Assembly: GCA_030390025.1 (NCBI GenBank)
Contig: CM059431.1
Coordinates: forward strand, 124,994,001 to 125,058,000
Source: Squalus acanthias
Taxonomy: Eukaryota
Direction: 5' to 3'
DNA length: 64,000 nucleotides
The translations under genes were made by a program, and so were the position numbers. Below the pieces are notes generated by a model, which saw only the letters and a program-made list of their open reading frames with translations, had not been told where the DNA came from and did no database searches. Shown here in pieces: positions 61,165-64,000 of the stretch. Numbering within the stretch: the first letter of the stretch is position 1; every line of letters starts with the position of its first letter.

Positions 61165-62037
61165 ATTTGCCTGGAGGTGCTAAACCAGAAACCTGCACGT
61201 TTAGCACTCAAGTGCTGATTAGACGCAATTTTTGTTGAGCGGTATATGTGGGCTTCTCGCACCCACTTCCACTGAAGGTGTGGAGTGCTGTGGCTGGCAC
61301 ACAGCGGCACAATGCAGGACGGCACAGGGACCGACGGACAGGGCGCACAGGTTCTTGGATGCTGCACTGGAAGTCCTGGTGGAGGAGGTCCAGAGGAGGA
61401 GAGATGTCCTGTACCCACAGGGGGGAAGGACGCCACCTCGCCCTCCTGTCCCTCCTTCCTGTAGCAACTGGTGCTGCTCTACCTGGCCTCGTGTCCTCCT
61501 CCCATTCCTCGTTCAGACCAAAGGGGACCCCTAACAAGGTGCCCATGACCAAACACTCCTTTTCTCCTGGTGATGCCTAAAAGACGTTCAGTAAGGTGCA
61601 GTAGCGCAGCACTCACTCTTTTTAGGTGACGTGCTCAGCGAATTGCCGGAATAAATTTTGCTCGAGTGTTGGTGAAGTCTTGACAAAGTGTCCCAGAAAG
61701 TCTCCCGATGTGTTCCAGAGGTCCTCTTCCAGCAGCAATGAATAAGTAGTGCTTGAAATTGACATCAACGCTGTGGTTACTAGCACACAGCTGGTCACTG
61801 TTAGGAAAGGGCATTAGTACAAGTGCTAGCCCCCAAAATGCCCTGCCGCCTCTTTAATGAGCGCTCGTAGGCATTTTAAGTGGCAATCAGCTGTTTAACG
61901 AGCATCTGGTGGCCGGTCCCAGAGCTGGCCTCAACTCCTTTACCAAGAAGGCTAAACCAGCGTTTAGCTCAAGAACCCATCTTTCCCACCTCGGAGGATC
62001 GTTAGCACCTGAACACGCTGCCAAAAATTGCCACCCT
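61165..62037 (+). mobile_element. Harbinger remnant with start of Myb/SANT exon 1
   Basis: RAHRFLDAALEVLVEEVQRRRDVLYPQGGR at about 61340-61440. Confidence 0.65.
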
Positions 62038-63354
62038 GATCTGGAAGAAATAACCAGGTTCAGTCAAAGTCGTCAGGTGCTTCCTGATTTACTTTGGGGT
62101 GAGGAGGGGAGGAAACTTGAGGCTATATTCTCTTGTGCATTCTTTCTATTCACTTCAAAATTACTAATTCACCTGGCATTTCTGCGATGGTTCTATCGAT
62201 CTCCCACCGTAACTTCAGCGGTAGATCGGTAGACTCCCCAGACAAAAGGTGCACATAGTTGTTTACACCATTTTTTTGGGGTTCCCACCGAAGTTGCAGT
62301 GGGAGATCGGGAGAACTCCCATGAAAATTTGTTTGCTGCATGCCTGGTGTTATCCTATTACACTTTATTTATAAGAGATTTTTAGCTTTCAGCTGATCAA
62401 TGATTTAACTTTATTATAGCAGAGAACACTCCTTGACAGCATAAAGATGAGTCAAGCGAATGAAAAAGATTATATTGTGCCACAAAAAATTATGACTGCC
62501 ATTAAAATATATAAGATCAATCCAATAAATCAAATTATTATTCAGATAAGCTAGTGACCTAAATCTTCTTTTCCACAGATTAAAGTGTAGAAACAAGAGA
62601 ACACAGATATAACTGCAAGTATGCCAGAAACCTTTACTCATGTAATTTTGAATTATAAAGCCAAGGGGATTTTTCTATCAGAAAAAAATGGTAGTTGTCA
62701 AATCTTTGGTATTTTGCATAATATATACAGACTCTGCTTCAACATATAACATTAAGGATGGATATGTTCTTGTGGTTTGATCATTAGCCATCTGCCTATA
62801 CTTGGCTGTGTATTCATGTTCAGACATTTACCATATGTTGTCTTCTCATTTATGTGACAGAATTTTCCGTGACTGCAGTTTTATATGACTCTTCTTCTAA
62901 CCTAGTCGGTCCTCTCTCAGATGTATATATTGATGAGTTGGAAGTGATCTTCCAGATGCTGGCCACCTTTGCTCTTGGCACAAGCAATGATTTTGCACGG
63001 TCCAGTGGATCAGTAAACTCTGATGGGTAGTCAAGCATACAGTGAATCAAAATGATTTCCAACTTCTGGCCAACATTTAGGGAAACTGCAATAAAAATAA
63101 AGACAATTCATTGTCACCAAGAATTTGCATAATTAAAGCATCTCAGAAATTAGAGTTGATAGCTAAAGAGCTAACTCTTTCATGATATCTTTGGTCCTCA
63201 TGCAGATATCTAACCAGGACTGTGAAATCTTCTGCAGAAAAAATCATCTTACAAATCATAACATGTTGCATATTGTAAAAGAAAGTTAAACTTTGTACAG
63301 AAATATAACAAAACTGACAAACTATATTAACTTTGAGTTAAAGTAAGTCTATTT

Positions 63355-64000
63355 TTTTTATTCATTCACGGGATGTGGGCACCGCTGGCAAGGTCAGCAT
63401 TTATTGCCCATCCCTAATTGCCCTTCAGAAGGTGGTGGTGAGCTGCCTTCTTGAACCGCTGCAGTCCATGTGGTGAAAGTACTCCCACAGTGCTGTTAGG
63501 GAGGGAATTCCAGGATTTTGACCCAGCAACGATGACGGAACAGCAATATATTTCCAAGTCAGGATGGTGTGTGACTTGGACAGGAGCTTGGAGGTGGTGG
63601 TGTTCCCATGCACCTGCTGCCCTTGTCCTTCTAGGTGGTAGAGGTCGCGGATTTGGGAGGTGTTGTCGAAGAAGCCTTGGTGAGTTGTTGCAGTACATCT
63701 TGTAGATGGTACACACTGCACACTGCAAACACGGTGTGCCGGTGGTGGAGAGAGTGAATGTTTAAGGTAGTGGATGGGGTGCCAATTCTGCTTTTCCCTG
63801 GATGGTGTCGAGCTTCTTGAGTGTTGTTGGAGCTGCACTCATCCAGGCAAGTGGAGAGTATTCCATCACACACCTGACTTATGCCTTGCAGATGGTGGAA
63901 AGGCTTTGGGGTGTCAGGAGGTGAGTCACTTGCCGTAGAATGTCCTGCCTCTGACCTGCTCTTGTAGCCACAGTATTTATGTGGCTGGTCCAGTTATGTT
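63355..64000 (-). mobile_element. CR1/L2-group LINE 3' end
   Basis: HSLHHR...VCTIYKMYCNNSPRLLRQHLP...SKSWNSLP...GLQRFKKAAHHHLL, QVCDGILST region. Confidence 0.85.

Overview
Eukaryotic, almost entirely transposon-derived DNA. The repeat content (CR1 with an esterase ORF1, HE1-type V-SINE, Deu-type SINE, RTE, L2) points to a cartilaginous fish, probably a shark; this is inference from repeat types only. No host gene could be identified with confidence. Main components: (1) at least eight PIF/Harbinger elements or remnants, each with a HARBI1-like DDE transposase and/or a convergent 3-exon Myb/SANT + coiled-coil gene, plus many MITE derivatives; (2) a decayed, LTR-less retrovirus-like provirus at about 20.5-29.6 kb with a CCHC gag, an LPQG/YVD[D] RT, a degenerate tether RNase H followed by a second RNase H remnant, and an env resembling a paramyxo/pneumovirus-F-type fusogen (lokiretrovirus-like); its pol segment is inverted relative to gag and env and the provirus carries five nested insertions; (3) three 1.7-kb solo-LTR-like elements with TGTAA..TACA ends and 4-bp TSDs that share a covarying hairpin containing an antisense B-box; (4) several Penelope-type fragments carrying minimal hammerhead ribozyme folds. 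All identities and alignments were judged by eye and no database search was run.
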